Source: an uncultured Acidimicrobiales bacterium (lineage in GTDB: Bacteria; Actinomycetota; Acidimicrobiia; Acidimicrobiales; UBA10347). From it: 64,000 bases of DNA. The notes beneath the pieces were generated by a model. It was not told the origin of the DNA, did no database searches, and saw only the letters and a program-made list of their open reading frames with translations. The position numbers and the translations under genes were made by a program. The stretch spans positions 322,663 to 386,662 of the forward strand of contig CALSSD010000003.1 in the NCBI GenBank assembly GCA_943788915.1, given 5' to 3'. Positions 51,035-62,401 of the stretch are shown one piece after another. Numbering within the stretch: the stretch's first letter is position 1; every line of letters starts with the position of its first letter.

Positions 51035-52954
51035 TGAGGGGTCTCCTGAGAGTCAGTAGAAGGGCTGTCATTCACGAATGTGACAAGTACGTCGCCGGTG
51101 GCGATCTGGTCGCCAGCAGCGACACGTACTTCGGCGATGGTTGATGCACCGGTGGCCCGCAGCGAGTGCAACATCTTCATGGCTTCGATGACAACCAGTA
51201 CCTGGTCACCCTCGACCTCGTCGCCGGGGGTCACGGTGACCTCGTTGACGACTGCGGGGAACGGAGCGACCAGTGCGTCGCCACTCGATTTGCGGGTAGC
51301 CGCGCTGGGTGCCCACCGTTCTGTGCGATTTGGCACCGAGAAGCTGTATGTGTGGCCTGCCTCGTTCACAGCCACTCGGCGGATTCGTTGGTCGACTGCG
51401 ACCGGTGGAAGTTGTTTACCTTGCAGGTCGTTCGCCGTCAACGCGATCTCATAGACCTCGCCGTCGGCATCCACTAGCCCGAGATTGCGTTTCATCTCGT
51501 GAGGTGTGACCGAGAAGGACGAACCCATCCATGGGCTCGAATGGTCGCTGCCGTCGTCGGTGGCTTGGGCCCAGGCGATAGCACCTGCGGCGAGTGCAGC
51601 GGAAAGCTCATCGTCTGGGCGCTGCGGCAGCGTTGTTTCATCGAGGAATCGTGTCGTCACCCGTCCGGCAACTACAGGTTCTTGATCGAGCAGCCACCGA
51701 TGGAAACCAGCAGTGGTCACGACCCCGTCGATGATGAGATGATCGAGCGCTCGGCGCATCTTGGCCAGCGCCCCGTCACGGGTGGCACCGTGCACGATCA
51801 GCTTGGCGATCATCGAGTCGTAGTGGGGGGAGATTTCGCTTCCGCTCTCGATGGCCGAGTCCCAGCGGACATCCTCGGGAACCCGTACCTGGTGGACCGT
51901 GCCGATCTGGGGAGCGAACCCGTTGCTGGTGTCTTCGGCCACGATCCGGACCTCGATGGCATGGCCTTGAAAGCGCAGGTGCTCGGGGTCCAGCGGCAGC
52001 CGTTCACCGGCCGCAACTCGAATCATCAGCTCCACCAGATCCACACCCGTGATCGCCTCGGTCACCGGGTGTTCGACCTGTAGCCGAGTGTTCACCTCGA
52101 GGAAGAAATGGTCGCCGGTCTCATCGTCGACAATAAATTCGACTGTGCCCGCCGAGTCGTACCCCATGGCTTTTGCTATCGCCTGAGCCGAATCACGGAT
52201 CGCTCGCCGAGTTTCAGGAGTCAGATTTGGTGCTGGGGCTTCTTCAAGCAGCTTCTGATATCGCCGCTGTACCGAACACTCGCGGGTTCCTAACTCAGCC
52301 GTAGCTCCGTGTTTGTCGCCGACGATCTGCACTTCGATATGGCGTGGTCGTTGGACGTATCGCTCGACGATCACGCTGCCGTCGCCGAAGGCATGTTGTG
52401 CTTCGGCCGATGCTTCGCTCAGTGCGTTGGCGAACTCAGTCGGATCATGTGCGATGCGGATTCCTTTACCGCCACCACCCGCGGATGCTTTGACCAGAAC
52501 CGGGAATCCGATCTGAGCCGCCGCTTGAGCGAGCTCCCCCGAGTCCTGTGACTCTGACCAACCCGGAATCGTAGGCACCTCCAGCTCGTTCGGCGATGGC
52601 GCGTGCTTCGATCTTCGAACCCATCGAGGCAATGGCCTGTGGGTGGGGCCCAATCCAGATCAGGTCTTGGTCGATGCAGGATTGTGCGAACGTCGCGTTC
52701 TCGGCGAGAAAGCCGTACCCCGGGTGGACTGCAGTCGCCCCCGACGCTGCTGCGGCTGCCAAGATTCGTTCGCCGGAGAGATATGAATCGGCCAGGCTTG
52801 CTGGGCCGATGGCTACCGCCATGGTGGCTTCGCCGACGAATGGAGCGTCGACATCGGGTTCGGCATACACCGCGACTGTCTCATGGCCAAGACGGTGAGC
52901 CGTCCGGATTATTCGGCGAGCGATCTCGCCTCGATTGGCAATCAGAATTCTCAT
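51031..52954 (-). pseudogene. Biotin carboxylase/BCCP alpha subunit of acyl-CoA carboxylase, split by a 1-nt frameshift (pseudogene or sequence error)
   Basis: ILIANRGEIA, HPGYGFLAEN in one frame; KASAGGGGKG, LEVNTRLQVEHPVTE, EAMKM in another; junction GCT GGA g GTG CCT at ~52579. Confidence 0.85.
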
Positions 52955-53054
52955 GCTTGTTCCCGTCGAAGAGTGGACACCCCTGGGGTATCAACATGTG
53001 GGTTGAAGGTCTGTGTGGATGTGACGGTCTGTACGAAATTGAAGATCACGGCGA

Positions 53055-54677
53055 TCACATCCGGTACACGAGGCCGGGGCCGGGTGCGGGTTTGTCATGG
53101 CGGGCGGCTAGGGCGAGCGACAAGCCGAGTGCGTCGCGGGTGTCGACTGGGTCGATGAGCCCGTCGTCCCACAATCGACTGGTGGCGTAGTACGGATCAC
53201 TCTGGGTTTCGTATTGTCCCCGGATATGGGCCCGGATCTCGGCGATTTCTTCTTCGGTGGTTTCCGCTCCCTTCATGCCACCAACTCGGATGTCGACGAG
53301 GACGGTCTCGGCTGTGTCCGCAGCCATGGTTGCGATACGGGAGTTTGGCCAAGCAAACAGGAACCGGGGGTTGAAGCCTCGGCCACACATGCCGTAGTTG
53401 CCAGCGCCGTAGGAACCTCCAATAAGCACGGTGTAACGAGGCACCGTTGCGTTGGCGACAGCAGCAACCATCTTGGCACCGTTCTTGGCGATGCCGCCCT
53501 TCTCGCTGTCGCTGCCGACCATGTAGCCGCTGGTGTTCTGCAGGAACACGAGCGGCACCCGGCGCTGCTCGCACAGTTCAATGAAGTGGGTGGCCTTAAG
53601 CGCAGACTCGCTAAAGATGATGCCGTTGTTCGAGATGATGCCGACGAGATGGCCCCAAATACGGGCGAAGCCACACACGATCGACTCGCCCCACTCGGGC
53701 TTAAAAGCGGCGAACCGGCTTCCGTCGACGATACGGGCGATGATCTCGGTGGCATCGAACGGGATGCGGTCATCGGAGCTGACGATGCCGTAGATCTCTT
53801 CGGCTGCGTACGCAGGTGGTTCAGGCTCAACCCAGTCGAGCCAGCCATCACGCTGATCGACCCTCCGCTGGTTTGTGGTCTCGCAGATCTCACGAAGTTT
53901 GCCGTATGCCTCGCGTTCGGTCGACGCCATGTAGTCGCTCACGCCGCTGATGCGGGTGTGCAGCACGGCACCGCCGAGGTCATCGGGATCGATGATCTCC
54001 CCCAGCGCCGCTTTCACGATTGGCGGGCCACCGAGAAAGATCCGGCCGATGCCTTCGACCATGATGACTTCGTCGCTCAGGGCCGGCACATACGCACCTC
54101 CAGCGGTGCAGCCGCCAAGCACCACAGATAGCTGGGGAAGACCCTGGGCAGACAGTCGAGCCTGCCGGTAGAAGGAACCACCGAAGTGGTCCTTGTCGGG
54201 AAAGATCTCGTCTTGGAGGGGCAGGAAGGCGCCGCCCGAGTCGACTAGGTAGATAACACCAAGCCGGTTCTCTTCGGCGATTTCTTGGGCCCGCACATGT
54301 TTCTTGATCGACATTGGCAGCAGGCTGCCGCCTTTGACCGTTGCGTCGTTTGCGATGAAGACCCACGGCACACCGTGCACGATCCCGACACCGGTGACAA
54401 CGCCTGCACCAGGCGCTTCGTCGTCGTACTGGCCGTAGGCACCCAACGTGGAAAACTCGAGGAATGGCGTGTTGTCGTCGGTCACGAGATCGATGCGATC
54501 GCGCACCATGATCTTGCCCCGTTCCAGGTGACGCTCGATCGATTTCTGGCGACGTTCGCCGCCATCGATGGCCCACTGCTGTCGGGCTTTCAGCGTCGCG
54601 AGTTCGCCGAGGTAGGTGTCTCGGTTGGTGAGAAACTCTGCTGAGCCGACGTCGATCTTGGAGGTGATGCGATTCAT
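53055..54677 (-). CDS. Acyl-CoA carboxylase carboxyltransferase (MCC/geranyl-CoA beta-like)
   Basis: ANDATVKGG, LVDSGGAFLP, GCTAGGAYVPA, GGSYGAGNYGMCGR, RLWDDGLIDP. Confidence 0.93.
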   Translation of the reverse strand: MNRITSKIDVGSAEFLTNRDTYLGELATLKARQQWAIDGGERRQKSIERHLERGKIMVRDRIDLVTDDNTPFLEFSTLGAYGQYDDEAPGAGVVTGVGIVHGVPWVFIANDATVKGGSLLPMSIKKHVRAQEIAEENRLGVIYLVDSGGAFLPLQDEIFPDKDHFGGSFYRQARLSAQGLPQLSVVLGGCTAGGAYVPALSDEVIMVEGIGRIFLGGPPIVKAALGEIIDPDDLGGAVLHTRISGVSDYMASTEREAYGKLREICETTNQRRVDQRDGWLDWVEPEPPAYAAEEIYGIVSSDDRIPFDATEIIARIVDGSRFAAFKPEWGESIVCGFARIWGHLVGIISNNGIIFSESALKATHFIELCEQRRVPLVFLQNTSGYMVGSDSEKGGIAKNGAKMVAAVANATVPRYTVLIGGSYGAGNYGMCGRGFNPRFLFAWPNSRIATMAADTAETVLVDIRVGGMKGAETTEEEIAEIRAHIRGQYETQSDPYYATSRLWDDGLIDPVDTRDALGLSLALAARHDKPAPGPGLVYRM

Positions 54678-55303
54678 AGTGTGCTGCTCATGTGTGTGGT
54701 CGGTGCGTGGTCATAGTGATGGGTAACTCCATTAAGAAACTGATCGCTGATCGTGGAAGCCAGCTCGTCGAGCGGCAACTTGCCGTGGGGGTCGAACCAC
54801 TCGACGGTGGCATTCATTGCGCCGAACAAGATCAACCGACGCAGCCGGAGACTGTGTGCATCGACCCCAGGAAACATCTGCTCGAACAGCTCAGCCCACT
54901 TGAGCTCATAGTCGTCGCGTTCGGGGACAACGGTGGCTCGGACCTCGGGCGGTGCATTGAAGAACGAGGTCACGTGTGCTGTCGTGTACGGGCCATGTTC
55001 AAACACTGCACCCAGGTGAGCCCGCACATGCGCGGTTAGACGTACGTCTACCGGATCCGTGTCCGGGCTGTCTGCAACAGTCGCATCGAACGCATGGACC
55101 ATGACTGCAATACCGTCGTGCAGGACGGCAACAAACAGCTCTTCCTTCGAAGCGAAGTGGTGATAGACCGATCCGGCCTTGATACCTGCAGCCGCCGCGA
55201 TCTGGCGCAACGTGGTGCCGGCATAACCCTGACGGACAAAAAGTTCCGCAGCTGCGTCGAGTACGCGGCGACGTCCAGTCGTCCGTTCAACATCAGTGGG
55301 CAC
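54674..55303 (-). CDS. TetR family regulator
   Basis: VLDAAAELFVRQGYAGTTLRQIAAAAGIKAGSVYHHFASKEEL. Confidence 0.93.
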   Translation of the reverse strand: MPTDVERTTGRRRVLDAAAELFVRQGYAGTTLRQIAAAAGIKAGSVYHHFASKEELFVAVLHDGIAVMVHAFDATVADSPDTDPVDVRLTAHVRAHLGAVFEHGPYTTAHVTSFFNAPPEVRATVVPERDDYELKWAELFEQMFPGVDAHSLRLRRLILFGAMNATVEWFDPHGKLPLDELASTISDQFLNGVTHHYDHAPTTHMSSTL

Positions 55304-55310
55304 AACGGCC

Positions 55311-55340
55311 AACCTACCTAACGCTTGTTAGGTTCGTCAA
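55311..55340 (-). promoter_or_regulatory. Promoter and palindromic TetR operator
   Basis: Minus TTGACG-18nt-TAGGTT-7nt-GTG; palindrome ACCTAAC-GCTT-GTTAGGT 55316-55333. Confidence 0.6.
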
Positions 55341-55395
55341 GTCTTACGTTGCCATAGAGGTCAACATCGTGTGTGGCTACCAGAACACCGGCATC

Positions 55396-56722
55396 ATGGT
55401 GGGCGTGAGCGCGGCCTTTTCAGTACGAGCAACGGTGATGCAGACGCCCCAGCGAGGCGAACTGCAGATACTCCAAAACGTTGTGATCGATGTCGATGCC
55501 AGCGGCATGATCACCTCTATTGGCCATCGTGATGGGCCCGTCACATACGATCTCGACGAGCGATCTGTCCTGCTCCCCGGACTCATCGACACCCACCTCC
55601 ATGCACCGCAGTGGCCGCAGCTCGGCACCGGGCTTGATCTGCCACTCGAGGAATGGTTGTTCGAACACACCTTTCCGCTTGAGAAGCGTCTGACCGACCC
55701 TGCTTTTGCCGGGGTGGTCTGGCCACAGATGGTCTCGACGCTTCTCGCGCATGGCACGACGACTGCGGTTTATTACGCGACCATCGACGTGGAAACAACC
55801 ACCATGCTTGCCGCCACCTGCGCGAGCCTTGGCCAGCGAGCCTTCGTCGGCCGGGTCGCCATGGACCATCCGACCGGCACGCCCGAGTGGTACCGAGATG
55901 TCGACGCGGCGGCTTCGATCACAGCCTCCCATACCTCGATCGAAGAGATCGTTGGTCTGGGCAATCCGCTCGTCCAACCCATTATTACCCCCCGTTTTGC
56001 GCCTGCCTGTAGCGATGAAGCTCTCACCGGGCTCGGTCGATTGTCGATCGAGACAGGCGTCCGGGTGCAGACGCACTGCTCCGAGAGCGATTGGGAACAT
56101 CAGTACGCGTTCGAACGTTTCGGCAGCATCGGACACCAACGCTTTGAACAGTTTTGGACTGATGCGACCAAACACGATCCTGGCCCACGGCGACCACCTG
56201 GCTGATTCTGACCTTGATGTCGTCCGCCTGGCTGGAGCCGGCGTCGCTCACTGCCCGTTATCAAACGCGTACTTCGCCAACGCCGTCTTCCCCGCCCGCA
56301 GGGCACTCGACGCCGGAGTGAAGGTCGGTCTAGGCACCGACATCGCCGGTGGAGCGTCACCGGGCCTACTCCCCCAGTGCGCCCACGCCGTGACCGCGTC
56401 GCGTTATCTCGACGAAGGCGTCGACCCTTCTCTCACTGCGAGCGAGCGGGGTGTACCGAACTCTCGTTTAACGATTGCCGACGCGTTCTACATGGCGACC
56501 GTCGGTGGCGCAGAACTGCTTGATCAACCGACCGGCCTGCTTGCGGTTGGGCGTTCATTCGATGCGTTGGCGGTGCAACTGAATCGCCAAGGATCTCCGT
56601 TGCAGGTCTGGCCGGAGATCGATCGAGGTGACCGCGTCTTCGAAAAGATAGTCCGCCTGGCAACACCCGCCGATATCAGCGATGTCTGGGTCCAAGGCCG
56701 CCGGGCCGCTGGCGCTGGATGA
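55396..56722 (+). pseudogene. guaD: Guanine deaminase, frameshifted at ~56125 (pseudogene or sequence error)
   Basis: PGLIDTHLHAPQ, ITPRFAPACS, QTHCSES in one frame; LAHGDHL, HCPLSN, GLGTDIAGG in another. Confidence 0.85.
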
Positions 56723-56744
56723 TCTACGTGCGTTCCTGTTGCGT

Positions 56745-57430
56745 TCAGTTCGGGGTAGCCGTGACTTGGTCACGGCCGATCTGAATCGCTGCTGCTCCTG
56801 CGCCGCCACAGCCGGCCCCAACAGATTGAACTGCTCCGGCGTTACCGGGGATGACCACGTTGATCCCCAAGCCGCCGTCGAGACGATCATTGCCAAGGTC
56901 AACGTTCTGCAGGGCGAAGCCAGGCCGGTAGCTTCCCGCTCGATGAAAGTCCTGGCGCAGTAGTGCGGACGCCGCCGACGCTAACAACGAGACATCGTTC
57001 ATGACACGCTGGAGATCTTGCAGATCATTCGCAGTCAGAACAGCACCGCTCGCCCGGCTAGCCACAATTCCGGAATCGCCGACCAGAGTGTCGTTGCCAT
57101 CCTCGCCGTAGATGACATCGTTGCCAGCGACTGCGTCGTGGCCAGGGTGGAATCGAGGACCGTAGGAGCGAGCATCAGCAGCACGGTCGAAGTTGATTGC
57201 CATCTGACGCAGAATCGTCTGCAGCCCGCTCAGCTCAGGTGCGAAGCGGTTTGCGGCAGGGGCTGCAGCTTCGACATCGAGATCGTCGCTACGACAACTT
57301 CGGTATCGATGCCCTCGGCTGCAGCCCCATCCGACGGAAGCACGGCCGCGACGAGGCCAGCAAGAACCACCAGACACGCAGCGCCCACTATGCGCCCATC
57401 ACCCACCATCGCGAGATGGCATCGACGCAC
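56745..57430 (-). pseudogene. Degraded secreted protein with RTX-type Ca-binding repeats
   Basis: AGNDVIYGEDGNDTLVGDSG and LGNDRLDGGLG; signal-peptide-like LVVLAGLVAAV...AAAE in a different frame. Confidence 0.5.
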
Positions 57431-57513
57431 GGTGGGTTCGCTTTAACCCAAGAGCCACTATCTTTCGAACACCACCGATCGGCCAAGGCCGTTGCGAGAC
57501 ACGGTCCGGTAGG

Positions 57514-58578
57514 TCAGTCAGATCCAGCGTGCAGATCACTCAGTATCCGGCGATAAATACTGTCCTCGCCTGGCGTTGTCACCGGCATCGAAAACTCGAT
57601 GCGATCAACGCGCTCGGCATATCGATCGACAAGTCGGGCGGCGATGGTGTCATGGGTTCCCAGCGTTGCCACGGTATGCAGCATCTCGTCATCGACAAGG
57701 CCCGGCAGATCGTCCCAGCGTTGTTGCTTCGACAGATGACTCGCTTGCTCAGCGATATCAGACCAACCGTGTAGTTCGAAGGTTCGCCGGTACGACGGCG
57801 TCGACAGGTAGAACGCGACGCGAGCGCGCACCGTCTCGGCAACCCGCTCCAGGTCGGCTTCGGTAGCGGCGGTCCCCACCAGCGGCTTCATGCACACCTC
57901 GACCTCGGACACGTTTCGACCTGTGCGAGCAGCACCGCGAGCGATGTTCGGATGCACCTGCTCGTCGATGAACCGAGACGTACAGACCGGGTGCAACCGC
58001 ACACCGTCGGCCACCTCACCTGCCATCGCCACCATGTTCGGACCGATCGCTGCGACATGCACCGGGATCCGGGGATGATCGATCGGCCCAGGGTCGAAGA
58101 GTGGCACCATCAGGTTGAGGTTGTAATGCTCGCTTTCGAAGTTCAGCTCGGTGCCGTTTTGCCAACAATCCCACACCGCTCGCATCGCTTGTATGTAGTC
58201 GCGCATCCACGGCGCGGGTGCATGCCACTCCATCCCGAAGCGACGTCGAACATGACCACGAACCTGCGAACCAAGACCCAGAACGAAACGCCCCTGCGAC
58301 AGCTTCTGTAAGGACCACGCCGACATAGCGGTGATCGTCGGGCTCCGAGGAAATGCCATGGCAACCGACGTGCCGATCCCGATCGTTGTAGTCGCAGCCG
58401 CACCCAGCGCTAACAGCTGATACGGGTCGTCCTTGGTTTCCTCGACCAGCACCGCGTCGACGCCCAACTCTTCGGCTTGCGCAGCCCCAGCGGCGAAATC
58501 ACCAATGTGCAGTGGTGTCTCTGGCTCTCGGAGTCCTGGGTCGAGTTTTCCGAGCGGAAGCAGCGTCTCTACAAGCAT
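57514..58578 (-). CDS. LLM-class F420-dependent oxidoreductase (TIGR03617-like)
   Basis: EETKDDP, AFPRSP, GRFVLGLGSQVRGH..RRFG, AFYLSTPSYR. Confidence 0.9.
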   Translation of the reverse strand: MLVETLLPLGKLDPGLREPETPLHIGDFAAGAAQAEELGVDAVLVEETKDDPYQLLALGAAATTTIGIGTSVAMAFPRSPTITAMSAWSLQKLSQGRFVLGLGSQVRGHVRRRFGMEWHAPAPWMRDYIQAMRAVWDCWQNGTELNFESEHYNLNLMVPLFDPGPIDHPRIPVHVAAIGPNMVAMAGEVADGVRLHPVCTSRFIDEQVHPNIARGAARTGRNVSEVEVCMKPLVGTAATEADLERVAETVRARVAFYLSTPSYRRTFELHGWSDIAEQASHLSKQQRWDDLPGLVDDEMLHTVATLGTHDTIAARLVDRYAERVDRIEFSMPVTTPGEDSIYRRILSDLHAGSD

Positions 58579-58640
58579 GGCTAATAATCGCAGCACGTCA
58601 TACTTGTCGCCCAATCGTCGGGCTGTGGCAAGATCGAGTC

Positions 58641-59786
58641 ATGAAGAATCAGGTCACCGAGATGTTCGGCATCGACATGCCGATCTTTGCGTTCACCCAC
58701 TGCCGCGATGTCGTGGCCGCTGTCACCAAGGCAGGCGGCATGGGCGTGCTCGGAGCGGTCGGTCTGTCACCTCGCCAGTTGGAGATTGATCTGCAATGGA
58801 TCGAAGACGAGGTCGGCGGCAAACCATACGGCGTCGACCTGATCGTCCCCGCCAAGTACGCCGGCTCAGACGAGGGTGGCATGTCGGTCGGTTCCATCAA
58901 CCAGATGATCCCCGACGAACATCGCGCATACCTCGATCAGATTCTCGAGAAGTACGACGTGCCACCTCTGGAAGAAGGCACCACCAAGAGTGGCGGCTTC
59001 AACATGAAGGACGATGCCGCAGCACCGATGTCGGCCGACTCGCAGATGCCCAACCTAGAGATCGCGCTTGCGTTCAAACCCTCCCTGATGGTGAACGCGC
59101 TCGGCCCGCCACCCGCCGTCATGACAGACCGTTGCCACGAAGCAGGCATCATGGTCGGCGCACTCGCCGGCAAAGCACAACACGCCGAGCGCCACGTGAA
59201 CGCTGGCGTCGACCTGATAATCGCCCAGGGATACGAGGCCGGCGGACATACCGGTGAGATCGCATCAATGGTGCTCATACCCGAAGTCGTCGACGCCGTT
59301 GGCGACACACCGGTTCTCGGTGCAGGAGGTATTGGCCGAGGTCGGCAGATGGCGGCGGCAATGGCACTTGGCGCACAGGGTGTCTGGTGCGGCTCGGTGT
59401 GGTTGACCACAGAAGAAGCCGAAACCCATCCGGTCGTGAAAGAGAAGATGCTCGCAGCCACATCATCTGACACCATCCGGTCACGGTCCCGCACTGGCAA
59501 ACATGCTCGGCAGCTGAAGTCGGCGTGGACCGACGAGTGGGAGAACCCTGATACGCCTATGCCACTCGGCATGCCGATGCAGCCGGTGCTCATCGACCAG
59601 GCAATTGCTCGGATCAATCGCTCAGCGCACCGGGAGGGTTCCGGTGCCGCTCAGCTCGCGAACTACTTCGTTGGCCAGATCGTGGGCAACATGACGAAGA
59701 CCAAACCCACAACCCAGGTCGTCTACGAAATGATCGAAGAGTTCATCGAAGCAACCGAAGGCCTGAACACCCAGATCAACGGCTAA
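58641..59786 (+). CDS. Nitronate monooxygenase family flavoprotein
   Basis: PIFAFTHCRDVVAAV..AGGMGVLG, AQGYEAGGHTG, AGGIGRGRQ. Confidence 0.9.
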   Translation: MKNQVTEMFGIDMPIFAFTHCRDVVAAVTKAGGMGVLGAVGLSPRQLEIDLQWIEDEVGGKPYGVDLIVPAKYAGSDEGGMSVGSINQMIPDEHRAYLDQILEKYDVPPLEEGTTKSGGFNMKDDAAAPMSADSQMPNLEIALAFKPSLMVNALGPPPAVMTDRCHEAGIMVGALAGKAQHAERHVNAGVDLIIAQGYEAGGHTGEIASMVLIPEVVDAVGDTPVLGAGGIGRGRQMAAAMALGAQGVWCGSVWLTTEEAETHPVVKEKMLAATSSDTIRSRSRTGKHARQLKSAWTDEWENPDTPMPLGMPMQPVLIDQAIARINRSAHREGSGAAQLANYFVGQIVGNMTKTKPTTQVVYEMIEEFIEATEGLNTQING

Positions 59787-59832
59787 CTCTGCCGCACTCA
59801 CCTGGCTGAGTTTTCCATTTCCGAGGCTTCCC

Positions 59833-60510
59833 ATGTCCGAGCTGCACCGATCGTTCGAACATCTGGCGTCAGATCTGCGGGCTGCAGCAAATCCCGAACG
59901 TGCGCCCCAGATGGCCGCCTATCTGAAAGATCAATTCCCAGTTCTGGGTGTCTCCAGTCCTGAGCGTCGAACATTACAGAAGCCGTTTATGACGGCCGCC
60001 CGCACGGCTGCGCCCGACGATGTGCTCGATGTCGCCGACTTGTGTTGGCATGCCGACGAGCGAGAATTTCAGCACGTTGGCGCCGATCTACTGCGGGTGA
60101 GAGCCAAGACGTTCTAGGCCGCCGACCTCGATCGCCTACATACGTTCATCGTGCACAAGTCATGGTGGGATACCGTCGATGCGCTTGCGGCACATCCGGT
60201 CGGCACGCTGGTGATGCGGTATCCAGAACTCGGTGCCGTCATGGACAGATGGATCGATGACGACAACATCTGGGTCGCTCGAACCGCCATCCTTCACCAA
60301 CTTCGATACAAGGATGCAATCAACGAAGCCAGGCTGTTTTCTTACGTTGAGAAGCGGGCAGCCGATACCGAATTCTTCATCCGCAAGGCGCTTGGTTGGG
60401 CGCTGCGGGACTACGCCAGGGTGGCCCCCGATGCAGTTCGAGACTTCGTCAACTCTCACCAGGAAGCACTCTCAGGACTCACCAAACGCGAAGCGCTCAA
60501 GCACCTGTAG
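59833..60510 (+). pseudogene. DNA alkylation repair protein (AlkD-like) with in-frame TAG at 60115-60117
   Basis: MAAYLKDQFPVLGV..PERR, REFQ, then in the same frame KSWWDTVD, W..RTAILHQL, EFFIRKALGWALR. Confidence 0.85.
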
Positions 60511-60793
60511 ATGACCACCAAATATTCGGCATCTCGCCTCTTGACAACTTTCGTTTTTGGGCGCAAAGTCGCGATCTGTCACCACATCGGTGATGCGGTG
60601 ACAGAACGTTACTCATGGTCAGTGGCTTGGTCGAAAGTGAGAAATCCCATGCCTCGTCGTAACTCTTCTGTGCAATTTCGCAAGACCCGTAACATGGCGA
60701 AGAAACGCCCACGATCCGAAGGACAGCAGTCATTGCGCCATAACCGGTCGGCTGACGAATCATTCGCTTTCAACGAATACTGAAGGGACGGCC

Positions 60794-61537
60794 ATGCCGT
60801 CTGGTAATCAATCGACCCGCCTGTCACCTGGCGCAACCATTTGGTGCACCGACGGGCGAGCGGGCAGCCTGTCCGACCTTGTTATTGATCCACTGGGTGG
60901 TGAGCTGACGCACATCGTGGTCGAGCCGACGGGTCCGTACCACCAGCTCCGACTCGTGCCGGTCTGGATGCTCGCGCCCAGTACCGATGGCCCGAAAGTA
61001 TCACTCGACGAGGCGCACTTCCGCCAGCTGCAACGTGTCCTCGAAAGCGACTTCGTGCGGGTCGATACTCCTCGTGAGTTAGCCGCCGACGGATGGTCCG
61101 TTCGGTTCTCCACCTGTTTGAGCGACGCACATTTCACCGACACCACCGACGCTCCTAGCAGCGCCGACGCGGTGCCGCTGGACGAATGCGCGATTCGACG
61201 GGGCGCGCTCGTTCTCAGCCCGACCGGAAAGGTCATGGGCACTGTCGTTGGTTTCCTGGTTCGAAACGACAAAATCACCGCGCTTGTCATCCGCACAAAA
61301 CGACGTCGAGACGTTTCTGCGCCTCTGTCGCTAGTGCGGGGCGATCCTGGTGATGTGGTTGTGCTCGGATGTGACCCCCGCGAACTTGAGGAGTTACCAG
61401 TGACCGACGTCGCCAAGAACACCGCCGATCCGCTCACAGTGATCCACAACGCCCATGACCATGTCCTGCGGTTTTGGGCTCAGTCACGGGCACGCGTTCA
61501 GGAGCTGGGACTACTACGCCGCGCCCGGGGCAAGTAA
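60794..61537 (+). CDS. PRC-barrel domain protein
   Basis: GATIWCTDGRAG.L..LVIDP....LTHIVVE, second repeat IRRGALV....G..MG.V.GFLV. Confidence 0.7.
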   Translation: MPSGNQSTRLSPGATIWCTDGRAGSLSDLVIDPLGGELTHIVVEPTGPYHQLRLVPVWMLAPSTDGPKVSLDEAHFRQLQRVLESDFVRVDTPRELAADGWSVRFSTCLSDAHFTDTTDAPSSADAVPLDECAIRRGALVLSPTGKVMGTVVGFLVRNDKITALVIRTKRRRDVSAPLSLVRGDPGDVVVLGCDPRELEELPVTDVAKNTADPLTVIHNAHDHVLRFWAQSRARVQELGLLRRARGK

Positions 61538-61581
61538 ATATTCAAACGTGAAGTCCGGATCACCGGCGCATACTTGGCGCA

Positions 61582-62392
61582 ATGCTGACCGGACCAACGT
61601 TGATCGAAGAAGTCGCCACTGCAATTCGCGAGGTCGGCAACGCGGAAGTGGTGCCCCGCTTCCGCTCGCTTGCCGCAGGGTGACATCACCGAGAAGGGTC
61701 CTGGCGACCTCGTCACGATCGCTGACCAGGAATGTGAACGAGTTCTGTCGGAACGGTTGCGAGTCTTACGCGACATCCCGGTGGTGGGTGAAGAAGCCAC
61801 CGCCGCCGATCCGTCGCTGCTCGACCTCGTCGCCACCGCGCCGGCCGTTTGGGTCACTGACCCGATCGATGGCACCTCCAACTTTGTGGCTGGCAACCCG
61901 AACTTCGTGGTCATGGTCTCGCTCGTCGAGAACGGCGCGACTATGGCGGCGTGGGTCTGGCATCCCGAAACCGACACCATGCTTACTGCCGAGCGAGGCA
62001 AGGGACTCTTGCGTAACGGCAAACCTGCACCTACCCCGACCCGCTCGGATCGTGCTCGGGGCATTCTGAAGCGCAAATTCATGGACGAACAGGCCCGGGC
62101 CCACCTCGGTTCCTTTCCCACAGAGATCGGTGACGTTGTCTCCGCCTACGGCAGCGCAGGCATCGAATACGGCGCGCTGGTCGATGGCCGAATCGACTTC
62201 CTGATGTATTGGCGAACGTTGCCGTGGGACCACTCGCCCGGAGGTTTGTTGGCTGAGGAAGCTGGCTTGCGCGTCGCTCGTCCTGACGGCTCGACGTACC
62301 TTCCCGGCGATGGCAAGTCTGGACTCCTCGCGGCCACACCGGAACTCTGGGACCGGGTCGCCGCCGAGATCCAAGCGGCCGTCACCGACTAG
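61582..62392 (+). pseudogene. Inositol monophosphatase family protein with 1-nt frameshift at ~61680 (pseudogene or sequence error)
   Basis: ATG 61582 MLTGPTLIEEVATAIREVGNAEVVPRFRSLAAG* ; next frame GDITEKGPGDLVTIAD, GEE, WVTDPIDGTSNF, PWD. Confidence 0.82.
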
Positions 62393-62401
62393 CGTGGCCT
62401 C

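Noticed and set aside
52570..52590. Programmed ribosomal frameshift in the biotin carboxylase
   Set aside because: No slippery heptamer at the junction; a single extra G explains it
60115..60117. Pyrrolysine or programmed read-through of TAG in the alkD-like gene
   Set aside because: Position is not an evident catalytic site, no pyl genes are seen, and nearby genes carry other lesions; nonsense mutation or error is simpler
60511..60783. Small ORF or ncRNA in the lower-GC gap
   Set aside because: No recognisable motif, RBS or stable conserved structure
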